From a bacterium (GTDB lineage: Bacteria; Sysuimicrobiota; Sysuimicrobiia; Sysuimicrobiales; Segetimicrobiaceae): 64,000 nucleotides of DNA. The notes under the pieces are model-generated. The model was given only the letters and a program-made list of their open reading frames with translations, was not told the origin of the DNA and did not search any database. Below are positions 16,156 to 24,487 of the stretch, in pieces. The position numbers were made by a program, and so were the translations under genes. Position 1 is the first letter of the stretch; every line of letters starts with the position of its first letter. The stretch covers positions 37,294-101,293 of the forward strand of contig DATGHZ010000013.1 in assembly GCA_035307565.1 (NCBI GenBank), in the 5' to 3' direction.

Positions 16156-18121
16156 CTCGCCCTCGGGGCAACTCAGGTCGCCCCGCATTTGCCCGTGTTG
16201 ATGGATGCCGGCGACGCAGCACGTACCGTGCCGCCCAGTTCTTGATCAAACGACTTGTGGCATCCCGGTATCTCTTGTCCCGCAGCACAGCCACGATTGT
16301 CCATAGAGGATTCATGACCCCGAGTGCCGGGGAGACCCAGTCACGCTCGTCGTTCGGTCGCGACCGGCCCTGCGTCCACCCGGCTCTCTCTTTCACCCGC
16401 TGCCACAGATACCGCCGGTACCGCCAACCCCAAAATGCCACCACAATCGGCCGGCCGAACCACCGCCGGACAAGCCAGCCCTGCACGATGCCCCACGCCG
16501 CCCGCCGGTATCGTCTGTCCCGCACGATTACTGCCACGGTCCATAACGGGTTCATCAAACCCATCGTCGGTGAGACCCAGTCCCGCGCGTCGCCCAGTCG
16601 CGACCGGCCTCGCGTCCACCCCGATCTCTCTTTCACCCGCTGCCACAGATACCGCCGGTATCGCCAACCCCAGAAAGCCAGGAACATCGGCGCGAGGGTC
16701 TTACGTTGAGATAGCCATCCGCGGATAAGTCCCAACGCGGCTCGCCGATGCGGTTGATCGCGCGCGATGACTGCCATGGTCCACAACGGGTTCATCAACC
16801 CTAACGTCGGTGTTATCCAGTCCCGCGCGTCGTCGAGCCGCGAGCGACCCTTCGACCACCCTATTTTCTCCTTCGCTCGCTGCCAAAGAAAGCGGCGATA
16901 CCGGTAACACCACAGGATGTTGCGCAGCGCCGAATTCGACATGACGATGCGTGCCGTCAACCCGGGAGCGAGAAGCGCGGCTGTCACCTCGATGGCTCGC
17001 TGCTTGAGCCCGGGGGCCGCATAGACATCAGCAACCATCCTGGCCGCTCGCTGCTGGGTCCGCGTCCAGGCTGGCGATACGTCGGTGGCGTGGAAGCACA
17101 CCGGAGTCGGAAAGACCTCCCGCTTCAGCGGATCCATGACCTCGCTGTCCTTCAACTTGCGAACCAGCTGAGTCTTATACCAGTTGATGAGCCAGGCCGG
17201 CCGCTTCCCGAATTCGGGACGTAGGTCGAAATGCAAATCCGCTTCTTTAGTGAAACTCACGTACGCCACTTCATCGCTATCGGTGACGATGTATATGTCA
17301 TTCGCGTTCGGGAAATTCCGATAGACGTAATCGCCGTCCAGCGTCCAATTCTCGAACGTCGAAATGTCGTGTTTCGCGAGCGCCGCGTAGTCCATCACCA
17401 ACGGCGCCCAACTGAAGGTGTGGAAGATCAGTCCGTCTCCTCCCGGGACCTGCCAGTACGGCGAAATGGGTGATTCCGCAAACCAGGGGGCATCAAAATC
17501 GTACCGGCGCGTTTCCGAATGAAGGTGCCGCAGCACGACGCGCATCAGATCCCTCGGCCCGATCACGAGAGGCTGTCCAGGCACGAGATATCCGCGGTGC
17601 TGTAGTTCCGGGATTGCGCCTTCGTACTGAAACCGAACGGCGATGGCAAAGACCACCTTTTTGCCCGTCTCCACCAACCGTTCGAGTGCAGCAATCGAGC
17701 CGTCGGCGAACATGGCGTCGGGAGTAAGATACATCCCGTACGCGCGATCTCGGAACGCTCGGGTCGCCAACATGGCCTGACCACGCGACATCACGCTCAT
17801 TTTGCGGTCGTGGCGGTGCGCGTCCGATTCTACCTCGAGCGGCAACCACACAGGCTCGGCGTAGGCCTTGAGTCGAGTCAGCAACGGATGGCTCTGTAAG
17901 GCTTGCCAATCCTCGGCCGTCGTAGAGATTAGCACCTTGCTTCCGCGGGCCGGGTCCAGGGCGGGAATGTTTCCGGGAGCCAACAACGACGCGAGAAGGA
18001 GGTCGGTAAAGTAGGCCCGGTACACCGGCCCCCAGAATACAACCGTGAAATAAAAGGGGCGCAGCGCCGTGCCGGCAACCGGCGCCTCCAGGTCGCCGAC
18101 AGCGCCGACGCGGGGGCCCAT
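16133..18121 (-). CDS. Hypothetical protein: an unassigned ~420-aa N-terminal domain plus three tandem 80-aa Trp/Arg-rich C-terminal repeats
   Basis: ORF 16133..18154. Third codon positions are G/C-rich and the translation has ordinary (non-junk) composition. The start is ATG 18121 or TTG 18154, directly after the wzt stop. The N-terminal FYFTVVFWGPVYRAYF...LTPDAMFADGS stretch is only vaguely GT-A-like. The 3' end overlaps gmhB by 23 nt. Confidence 0.7.
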   Translation of the reverse strand: MGPRVGAVGDLEAPVAGTALRPFYFTVVFWGPVYRAYFTDLLLASLLAPGNIPALDPARGSKVLISTTAEDWQALQSHPLLTRLKAYAEPVWLPLEVESDAHRHDRKMSVMSRGQAMLATRAFRDRAYGMYLTPDAMFADGSIAALERLVETGKKVVFAIAVRFQYEGAIPELQHRGYLVPGQPLVIGPRDLMRVVLRHLHSETRRYDFDAPWFAESPISPYWQVPGGDGLIFHTFSWAPLVMDYAALAKHDISTFENWTLDGDYVYRNFPNANDIYIVTDSDEVAYVSFTKEADLHFDLRPEFGKRPAWLINWYKTQLVRKLKDSEVMDPLKREVFPTPVCFHATDVSPAWTRTQQRAARMVADVYAAPGLKQRAIEVTAALLAPGLTARIVMSNSALRNILWCYRYRRFLWQRAKEKIGWSKGRSRLDDARDWITPTLGLMNPLWTMAVIARDQPHRRAALGLIRGWLSQRKTLAPMFLAFWGWRYRRYLWQRVKERSGWTRGRSRLGDARDWVSPTMGLMNPLWTVAVIVRDRRYRRAAWGIVQGWLVRRWFGRPIVVAFWGWRYRRYLWQRVKERAGWTQGRSRPNDERDWVSPALGVMNPLWTIVAVLRDKRYRDATSRLIKNWAARYVLRRRHPSTRANAGRPELPRGRDATGRIS
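16193..16912 (-). repeat. Three in-frame tandem repeats of 240 nt (80 aa) inside the 16133-18121 CDS
   Basis: The units start at 16912, 16672 and 16432 on the minus strand. The consensus is W-x-x-RYRR(Y/F)LWQR(V/A)KE(R/K)xGWxxGRSRxxDxRDW(V/I)(S/T)PxxGxMNPLWT. Positions 16385-16440 and 16625-16680 differ at only 3 of 56 nt. Confidence 0.9.
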
Positions 18122-18154
18122 CTCTACGCGTGATCGCCGGGGCGGCGGATCCAA

Positions 18155-18955
18155 CTACGGGCCCCCAGCCACTGCTTCCGCCAGCGAAGGCTGCGGCTGT
18201 TCCGGCGGGGTCTCACGCATTTTGCGATACACTTCACTTACCTCATGGAGGTCGCCCAGCATCACGACGCGCCCGCTGTCGAGGAGCAGCGCTTTGGTGC
18301 ACATCGACTGGATGATGGCGTCCGAGTGAGAGGCCAACACAAGGATGTTTGCACGCGCAAGCAACGCATCAACTCGCTTGGCCGCTCGCTCCGCGAACCG
18401 CGCGTCGCCGGCGCCGATTCCCTCGTCGAGCAGCAGTATCTCGGGATCAATGGCGGTGGCAACAGCGAAACATAGCCGGGAGAGCATGCCCGAGGAGTAG
18501 GTCCTGACCGGCAGCGACAGGTAATCGCCAAGTTCGGAGAATGCCGCGATGTCGTCGATCTTGACGCGAATCTCGTCCCGGTGCATACCAAGAAATAGAC
18601 CGCACGTGATGATGTTCTCGTATCCCGTATCATCCATGTCGAGGCCGGGGGCAATGTTGAACAGCGGCGAAACGCGGCCCTCGATCGCAACGCGGCCCGC
18701 GACCGGCTGATAGACGCCAGCGAGAACCCGCAGCAGCGTGGATTTACCGGCGCCGTTGTACCCAAGGATTCCGACGCGATCGCCGTGATCGATTCTAAGC
18801 GAGACGTTCTCGAGGGCGCGGATGGTCACGCGATTGTGGCGGCCCTCACGCCGGATCAATCCTCCAACGCGCGCCGCCAGTTCCTTACGGAACATCTTTT
18901 GCGACCCGTAGACCGGAAAGCTAACCGTGACGTTCTCAACCGCAACGGACGCCAT
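18155..18955 (-). CDS. wzt: Polysaccharide ABC exporter ATP-binding protein (NBD only, no C-terminal carbohydrate-binding domain)
   Basis: ORF 18155..19054 trimmed to ATG 18955 (AGGAG upstream). Contains Walker A GYNGAGKSTLL, the signature YSSGMLSRL, Walker B ILLLDE and the H-loop ASHS. It is 266 aa long. Confidence 0.85.
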   Translation of the reverse strand: MASVAVENVTVSFPVYGSQKMFRKELAARVGGLIRREGRHNRVTIRALENVSLRIDHGDRVGILGYNGAGKSTLLRVLAGVYQPVAGRVAIEGRVSPLFNIAPGLDMDDTGYENIITCGLFLGMHRDEIRVKIDDIAAFSELGDYLSLPVRTYSSGMLSRLCFAVATAIDPEILLLDEGIGAGDARFAERAAKRVDALLARANILVLASHSDAIIQSMCTKALLLDSGRVVMLGDLHEVSEVYRKMRETPPEQPQPSLAEAVAGGP

Positions 18956-18968
18956 AGAAAGATCGCTC

Positions 18969-19832
18969 CTACATCCAATACGCCAGCCGCCGGCGAAAAC
19001 GGCTGTAGGTCCACAGAGTGACGGCCCAGCCGACAACCGTGGCCAGTAGCACAAATTCGTACGTCAAACGGGACGGGAGCTTTCCGAGGAGAGGCGATCG
19101 GATCACATCGACGTAATGAAAGAGCGGGTTGCCGTTGGCAAAGTACTTTGTCATTTTCGGACCCAACTGTTCGGGCGTAAAGAAGATTGGCGTTACGAAC
19201 ATGGAGATCTGGAGAATGCTCATCACAACCTGTTGGACGTCCCGGTAGCGCGTGCATACCATCCCCAGCATCATGGCGAACCAGATGCCGTTGATCCAGA
19301 CCAAGAGTATGCCCGGAATTGTGAGAAACATCGCCACTTTGGGGTGAAGCCCCGCGAATATAGCGACGCCGATGAAAATCACGAAGTTGTGAAAGAACAC
19401 GATCAGATTCCGCCAGACGACCGTGCAGGCCAGGAGCGAGTATGGGAAACGCAGTTGCTTGATGAGGCTCTCCCCAGACAGAAACGTCTGGCAGCCCTCG
19501 CTGATGACCGCGGCGACCAGGTTCCAGGCGAGCAAGCCGGTGGTAAGAAACGGCAGGTAAACCTTAGGGTCTTGATGCCAAAGATTCGCCCAGACGAGAC
19601 CCAGTGCGAGCATAAAGATGCCAAGGCTTAACGTATTCCAGAATGGGCCAATCGCGGTTCGGCGGTAGCGCCGCTTAATCTCTTGCCAGCCCAGCCGCCC
19701 CCACATCCGCCAGTCGGACAGCCCTGTGATAATATCCAGCGCCGCGATATCGTACTGGGCAGCCGCCGCGACGTATCTTACGGTTGTTCGTCCCGCGCTC
19801 GGATGTTGCACTTCCGTCCGCTCCGATATCAT
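18969..19832 (-). CDS. wzm: ABC-2 type polysaccharide exporter permease
   Basis: ORF 18969..19919. RRYRRTAIGPFWNTLSL is followed by about 6 hydrophobic segments, the typical Wzm/KpsM/TagG pattern. I prefer ATG 19832 because ATG 19919 would overlap the divergent GT4 start. Confidence 0.8.
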   Translation of the reverse strand: MISERTEVQHPSAGRTTVRYVAAAAQYDIAALDIITGLSDWRMWGRLGWQEIKRRYRRTAIGPFWNTLSLGIFMLALGLVWANLWHQDPKVYLPFLTTGLLAWNLVAAVISEGCQTFLSGESLIKQLRFPYSLLACTVVWRNLIVFFHNFVIFIGVAIFAGLHPKVAMFLTIPGILLVWINGIWFAMMLGMVCTRYRDVQQVVMSILQISMFVTPIFFTPEQLGPKMTKYFANGNPLFHYVDVIRSPLLGKLPSRLTYEFVLLATVVGWAVTLWTYSRFRRRLAYWM

Positions 19833-19912
19833 TGGCCTGCAATGTACGATAACGCTTCGAGGCTCTCCTCCGCCCGAGGCGGTGTCACGATCGAAGACCG
19901 TGCACAGGGGAA

Positions 19913-21097
19913 ATGACATTGGCGCATGACGTGACCGAATCGATCCGAATTGCCCGCGTGATCACCCGTCTTAATATCGGCGGACCTTCCCGCCATGTGA
20001 TGACTCTGACGAGTGCGCTGAACGACGGCCGTTTCCGAAGCCGATTGATTTGCGGTATTCCAACGCCGAACGAGGGCGATTTGACCGCCGAAGCCAGAGC
20101 CGGCGGCTATCCCCTTGTCCAGATCCGGGCCCTGCGGAACGACGCCGGATTGATCGCCGCGCTCGCGACCATGCAGACATTGTACCGCGAATTCCGAACG
20201 ATGCGACCCCACATCGTGCACCTCCATCAGTTCAAAGCACGGTTCTTGGGCGCGCTTGCCGCGCGCGCGGCAGGCGTCCCCCATGTCGTGCAGACGTATC
20301 ACGGCACTTTGCTGCAAGGATACTTTCTCCCGCCACTCGCGACGGCGGTTACGCTCTTGGAGCGGCTTCTGGGACGCTGGCTAGTGCATCATACCATCGC
20401 CATCAGTCCGGAGGTTTGCCGGCAACTAGTCGAGCGCGGGATGGTAGATCCCCACCGTATCACAGTCATTCGCTTGGGGTTGTCACTGACTCCCCTTCTT
20501 ACGCCGCCTGAATCGGGTGACGCCTTCCGGCGCGAGATCGACATTCCGACGGACGCACTGCTCATTGGATTCGTCGGCCGGCTGGCGCCCATCAAGGGCG
20601 CCGATCTTTTTCTGGAGGCCGCCGAGGAGTTGATCCGTACGATGGAGCGCCCGGTATATGCCGTGATCGTCGGCGATGGACCAGAGCGGCAGCACCTGGA
20701 AGCGCAGGCACGGCGGGCTGCGATCGACAGTCGAATCATTTTTACCGGGTGGCGGCGAGATCTTCGGGCGGTCTACTGGGGCATCGATGTGCTGGCCGTG
20801 ACGTCTCGAAGCGAAGGAACGCCGGTCGTTGCCATGGAGGCGATGGCCGCGCGGCGCGCGGTTGTGGCGACTCGTGTGGGTGGAATTCCGGACATCATTC
20901 AGGACGGACGCACCGGTTTGCTCATCGAACCCGGCAACCCGCAGCGGCTCGCGGCGGCTCTTCAGCAAGTACTGGAGGATGTGGCGCTGCGGCAGAGGCT
21001 GGGGTTGGCCGCGCAGCAGTCGGTTTATCCGGCCTACGACGAGACAACGCTGTGCAGGGCGATGCGGGAATATTACGCACGGCTACTCGAAGGGTGA
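19913..21097 (+). CDS. Glycosyltransferase family 4 (GT-B, RfaB-like)
   Basis: ORF 19913..21097, with AGGGGA upstream of the ATG. GFVGRLAPIKG...SRSEGTPVVAMEAMAARRAVVATRVGGIPDII is the EX7E-type GT4 C-terminal motif. Confidence 0.85.
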   Translation: MTLAHDVTESIRIARVITRLNIGGPSRHVMTLTSALNDGRFRSRLICGIPTPNEGDLTAEARAGGYPLVQIRALRNDAGLIAALATMQTLYREFRTMRPHIVHLHQFKARFLGALAARAAGVPHVVQTYHGTLLQGYFLPPLATAVTLLERLLGRWLVHHTIAISPEVCRQLVERGMVDPHRITVIRLGLSLTPLLTPPESGDAFRREIDIPTDALLIGFVGRLAPIKGADLFLEAAEELIRTMERPVYAVIVGDGPERQHLEAQARRAAIDSRIIFTGWRRDLRAVYWGIDVLAVTSRSEGTPVVAMEAMAARRAVVATRVGGIPDIIQDGRTGLLIEPGNPQRLAAALQQVLEDVALRQRLGLAAQQSVYPAYDETTLCRAMREYYARLLEG

Positions 21098-22759
21098 TGC
21101 ATGGCGACGGCGCCACCGGTGCCACGGTCTGACAAGCAGCGCGCGAAGCACTCCTTGGCGCACGATCATGTCTTTCACGAGTCCGACCGCCGCGTCTCTT
21201 TGTCGTTTGTCTCGCAACACCATCTTTAGCGTCCAGAGGGGATTCATCAGCCCCAACGCCGGCGAGACCCAGTCGCGGCCGTCATCCAGCCGTGCCCCGC
21301 CCTTCACGATGCCCAGCCGCTCCTTGGCCTTGTGCCACAGATACCGCCGGCACTGCAAGCACCAGTGCACCCGGCCCGGCAGAGTCCAGGGTCCCACACG
21401 GGCCACGAGTTGCCGCGCATTTGCTTGCGAAAGCGCATTCCGAGTGCGTCTGAAAGCACCCCAGTCTGCGGCGCCGTCCGTCCATTTCACCCCTCGCCGG
21501 TCCAGGACAACCTCCGCCATCATACGCGCGTAGGCCCGGTGCCCGCGCGCGCTCCACTTTTCCACCATCTGAGGGAATTGGTACCAGGAGCGCAACTCCT
21601 CGTCTGTGGTGCCGGCGGGAATGCGCCCGCGCATGTCGAGGACTCTGATGTGGGGCGCCTGCGCCACCATCGCGTCCGTGAACTCGAAAGGCTGGTTCAA
21701 CTCGTAGTAATGGAAATTGTGGGTGATGACAAGATTGGGTACGGTTTCGGCCAGCCACCCGAAGTGGACGATGCCGAACTCGATCATCCGCGGGCGATCC
21801 AGCCTCGGGTCACTCATCGGGGCTTGAACGTCGAAATCCCGTACCCGACTGACATCGATATTTACCGGCTTTCCGGTCAACATGCGAAGGGTCAAGGCTC
21901 CGAACCGAGGCATCACCCCCTCGACCATGTCATCGACGACCTGACGCTGGAGCATCCGGACGCGCCGCGCGTCCTTGACGAAGCTCCGGGATGCCTGGAA
22001 CCCGTACGGACGGGCCGGAATCACCTTCGGATGACGAAAGGATGTGGCCATAAAGCCTTGGACAATCGCCGGCGCCGCGGCTGCGACATCATCTAGGCCG
22101 GGGCCAACTCGATACTCAACGAGGACATTCGCGACCGGATGACCCTGATACCGCAGTGGCGCCCCAACGAGCGGGCGGTAAAAGTCGGTCTCGACATAGT
22201 TGACAATGGTGAGATCGGGGGAGAACTTATGTCCTTCGTTCTGCCACGCCTTGACGTAGTGCTCGGGGCCCGCGTCCGGCCATGCCAGATTAAACACCCG
22301 ATACCGTACTGACGTGTCCCGTCGGTTCAGCTCCTCTTCTAGCAAATCCGGCCAGCTCTGGTCTGACACCGACGACGCGCTCTGCTCACCGCCAATAATG
22401 ACAATGCGGAACTCTCCCGCCTCTCGCTCATAGCTGTAGTCGCGATGGGAGATGAAGCCGAGATTGTTGGTCCGTATATCAGCGGCCGCGATGCACTCCG
22501 CATCATAACCGTACATCCGATATGCCAATGTCGTATTGGGACATCGCTGGGTGGCATTGTATGGGTCGCCCGTACTCAATGCGCCGGAATGCAAGATCAC
22601 CGGCCAGAGTGCGCTGTTACTCTTGTTGGCGTCCCGAACGTACCTCCGCAGCCACCATTCCAATGCTATCACGGCCGCCGCGGCGCACGCGGCGTCAATA
22701 AGAGCCCTTACCAAGGGGACGGCCGGAACTCGTGAGTGAACGGCCGGTGCAGTTGACAC
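21083..22759 (-). CDS. Hypothetical membrane-anchored protein whose C-terminus carries one copy of the 80-aa Trp/Arg-rich module
   Basis: ORF 21083..22759 (GTG start). It has an N-terminal hydrophobic helix (LIDAACAAAAVIALEWWL). FRIVIIGGEQSAS and ARGHRAYARMMAEVV give only a weak SGNH/GDSL-like impression. The C-terminus WCLQCRRYLWHKAKERLG...RDWVSPALGLMNPLWT matches the 16193-16912 repeats. Confidence 0.65.
   Translation of the reverse strand: MSTAPAVHSRVPAVPLVRALIDAACAAAAVIALEWWLRRYVRDANKSNSALWPVILHSGALSTGDPYNATQRCPNTTLAYRMYGYDAECIAAADIRTNNLGFISHRDYSYEREAGEFRIVIIGGEQSASSVSDQSWPDLLEEELNRRDTSVRYRVFNLAWPDAGPEHYVKAWQNEGHKFSPDLTIVNYVETDFYRPLVGAPLRYQGHPVANVLVEYRVGPGLDDVAAAAPAIVQGFMATSFRHPKVIPARPYGFQASRSFVKDARRVRMLQRQVVDDMVEGVMPRFGALTLRMLTGKPVNIDVSRVRDFDVQAPMSDPRLDRPRMIEFGIVHFGWLAETVPNLVITHNFHYYELNQPFEFTDAMVAQAPHIRVLDMRGRIPAGTTDEELRSWYQFPQMVEKWSARGHRAYARMMAEVVLDRRGVKWTDGAADWGAFRRTRNALSQANARQLVARVGPWTLPGRVHWCLQCRRYLWHKAKERLGIVKGGARLDDGRDWVSPALGLMNPLWTLKMVLRDKRQRDAAVGLVKDMIVRQGVLRALLVRPWHRWRRRHASPFE
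21086..21364 (-). repeat. Single dispersed copy of the 80-aa module found in triplicate at 16193-16912
   Basis: Protein-level identity to the repeats is about 60% over the first 50 aa. At the DNA level, gccacagataccgccgg is shared with 16402-16418. Confidence 0.8.
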
Positions 22760-23004
22760 ATTATTCCAACTCCGTTTCGCGCGCTTCTCGGCGCGGGTAT
22801 TTACACTTCACATTAAAAATATGGTCGTTCGCACCGATCGTCAATTCCCCCCTCTCGATCCTGCTACGACCGTAATTCCCGACCAGTGCGCGTGCCTACT
22901 CAATTGTCGATTACGATTTCGAGACCATCAAAAGCCTGCCGCCGCCGTCGGGCGCGCAAGACGAAGCGTCCCAAAAGTGTGGAGCGAACCTGCGGAAAGG
23001 GCGA

Positions 23005-24297
23005 TCACGTACGCGGCCGGGACATGATCATGCCAAAGAAAAAACTAAACAAAATGGCGCCTTCCTCGGTCACGACAGCAGGATGCAGCACATTCAGCAC
23101 CGCCAGCGCGGTGAGACCGGTCACCGCGATCTTGAATCGCGGCCACGGGCGGGAACCGGCGATCTCGCGCAGCCGCTGAAACCCGGTGACCAACGGCATG
23201 ACCACGATCCACGTGTACAACGCAAGCCCCACCACCCCGGTCTTGACCAGCAAGAATCCATATCCCGTCGACATATACCGCCACGGGCCGCCCGGACCAT
23301 TGTCGGGCGGCGCGGTGGCGGTGACGCCTCCGAGTCCGACGCCGAAGAGTGGATCGTGAAGAAACCGTGGAATCCCACTCTGAAATTCGGAAATTCGCTG
23401 AAGCATCGAGCCGTCCGTCGCAGCCCGAGACCAATGTCCCATCATCTGCTTTATTGGAGCGACGATCCAGGACGGGCCGGGGAGAACACCTGCGCCATAG
23501 CCGTACACGGCGGTGAGGACCACCGCGAGGAGCGCCGCGCGGAGCGCGACCGCCCCGCCGGACGGAACAAACGTCAGCACGAGAACCGACAGGCCCAATG
23601 CGAGGCCCTCCGCCGTGCGCTCCTGCATCGCGATGATGTACCAAATGAGGACGGGCAGCGCGGCGGCCCACGCGAGCCGCGCCACCGGCGTCTCGTCGGC
23701 GAGCGCGCCGCCGAGCGCCACGGTGAACGCCACGACCGGCACCGACCACTCCAAGTACCGGGCGACGAACGGCGCCACCGGCCGGTTGCCGGGCAGCTCG
23801 ATGACGCCGGACAACTGCAAAAAGACGGCCACGGCCGCAACACACGTGAAGAAAACATATACGCCCGCCAGTCGCCGAAAATCATTGCCGCGGAATCCCG
23901 CACAAGTGTACGCTAGCGCGAGCAGGTAGAAGGACAAGGGCCGGAGTTCCCGCACGGCGAGAAACGTTCCGCCGGGATCACGCAGGCCAGCGACAAATGG
24001 AACGGCCATATACGCCACGAATGCCCCCACCCACAGAAGTTCACGTCGTCCCTGATAAACCGCGCGCACGATGAGCGGCGCCGCCGTCAGCACCGCGGCG
24101 GCGGCGAGCGCATCCTCTAGGTTGATCTTCGCGCCCTGAAGGCTCAGCAACGGATACACGCGTAGCGTATATCCTGGTACCATCGCCGCGACGGCGGTGA
24201 TCGCGTAGAGGAAACAGCGGGGTATGGCCGCGGCGGCGCTTCGCCACTGTGGGTGAATCGCCGGGTGCTCAGCGGGGTCGATCGTGGAGTGTAGCAC
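23005..24297 (-). CDS. Multi-pass membrane protein, O-antigen ligase/polymerase (Wzy_C)-like
   Basis: ORF 23005..24297, 430 aa. It has at least 10 hydrophobic segments and a central loop (MQERTAEGLALG...) in the position of the Wzy_C domain. This is a pattern-level call only. Confidence 0.55.
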   Translation of the reverse strand: MLHSTIDPAEHPAIHPQWRSAAAAIPRCFLYAITAVAAMVPGYTLRVYPLLSLQGAKINLEDALAAAAVLTAAPLIVRAVYQGRRELLWVGAFVAYMAVPFVAGLRDPGGTFLAVRELRPLSFYLLALAYTCAGFRGNDFRRLAGVYVFFTCVAAVAVFLQLSGVIELPGNRPVAPFVARYLEWSVPVVAFTVALGGALADETPVARLAWAAALPVLIWYIIAMQERTAEGLALGLSVLVLTFVPSGGAVALRAALLAVVLTAVYGYGAGVLPGPSWIVAPIKQMMGHWSRAATDGSMLQRISEFQSGIPRFLHDPLFGVGLGGVTATAPPDNGPGGPWRYMSTGYGFLLVKTGVVGLALYTWIVVMPLVTGFQRLREIAGSRPWPRFKIAVTGLTALAVLNVLHPAVVTEEGAILFSFFFGMIMSRPRT

Positions 24298-24487
24298 TGC
24301 CGCGGGCGTTACGGTCTCCGTCGTGGGTCGATACCGAAACGTCGAACCCGCCGTTACTACGGTGCACGGCCGGTCGAACCCTTTCGGAGGGACTCAGGCC
24401 GGTGTCACGAATGTAAGAGGCGTTCCACACGACCGGGGCGGAGGCCGTCGACTACCCGCCAACAATGCCATCCCACAGCGAGTCCGC

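Noticed and set aside
15819-16709. A + strand 296-aa ORF with its own internal repeat (…LSFTRCHRYRRYRQPQ… twice)
   Set aside because: This is simply the antisense translation of the minus-strand 240-nt repeats and of gmhB. Its composition is poor and it has no start context.
16193-16912. The possibility that the 240-nt periodic repeats are a CRISPR array or a non-coding satellite
   Set aside because: The period is far too long for CRISPR and there is no short-repeat/unique-spacer structure. The repeats are in frame within a long ORF with coding-like composition, and the variation between copies is codon-wise.
22760-23004. The AT-rich 245-nt spacer (contains ttacacttcacattaaaaatatgg) as a defined promoter/terminator pair
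   Set aside because: It is a plausible place for an internal promoter for 21083-22759. However, I cannot identify convincing -35/-10 boxes for an unknown sigma factor or a clean terminator hairpin, so I list no feature.
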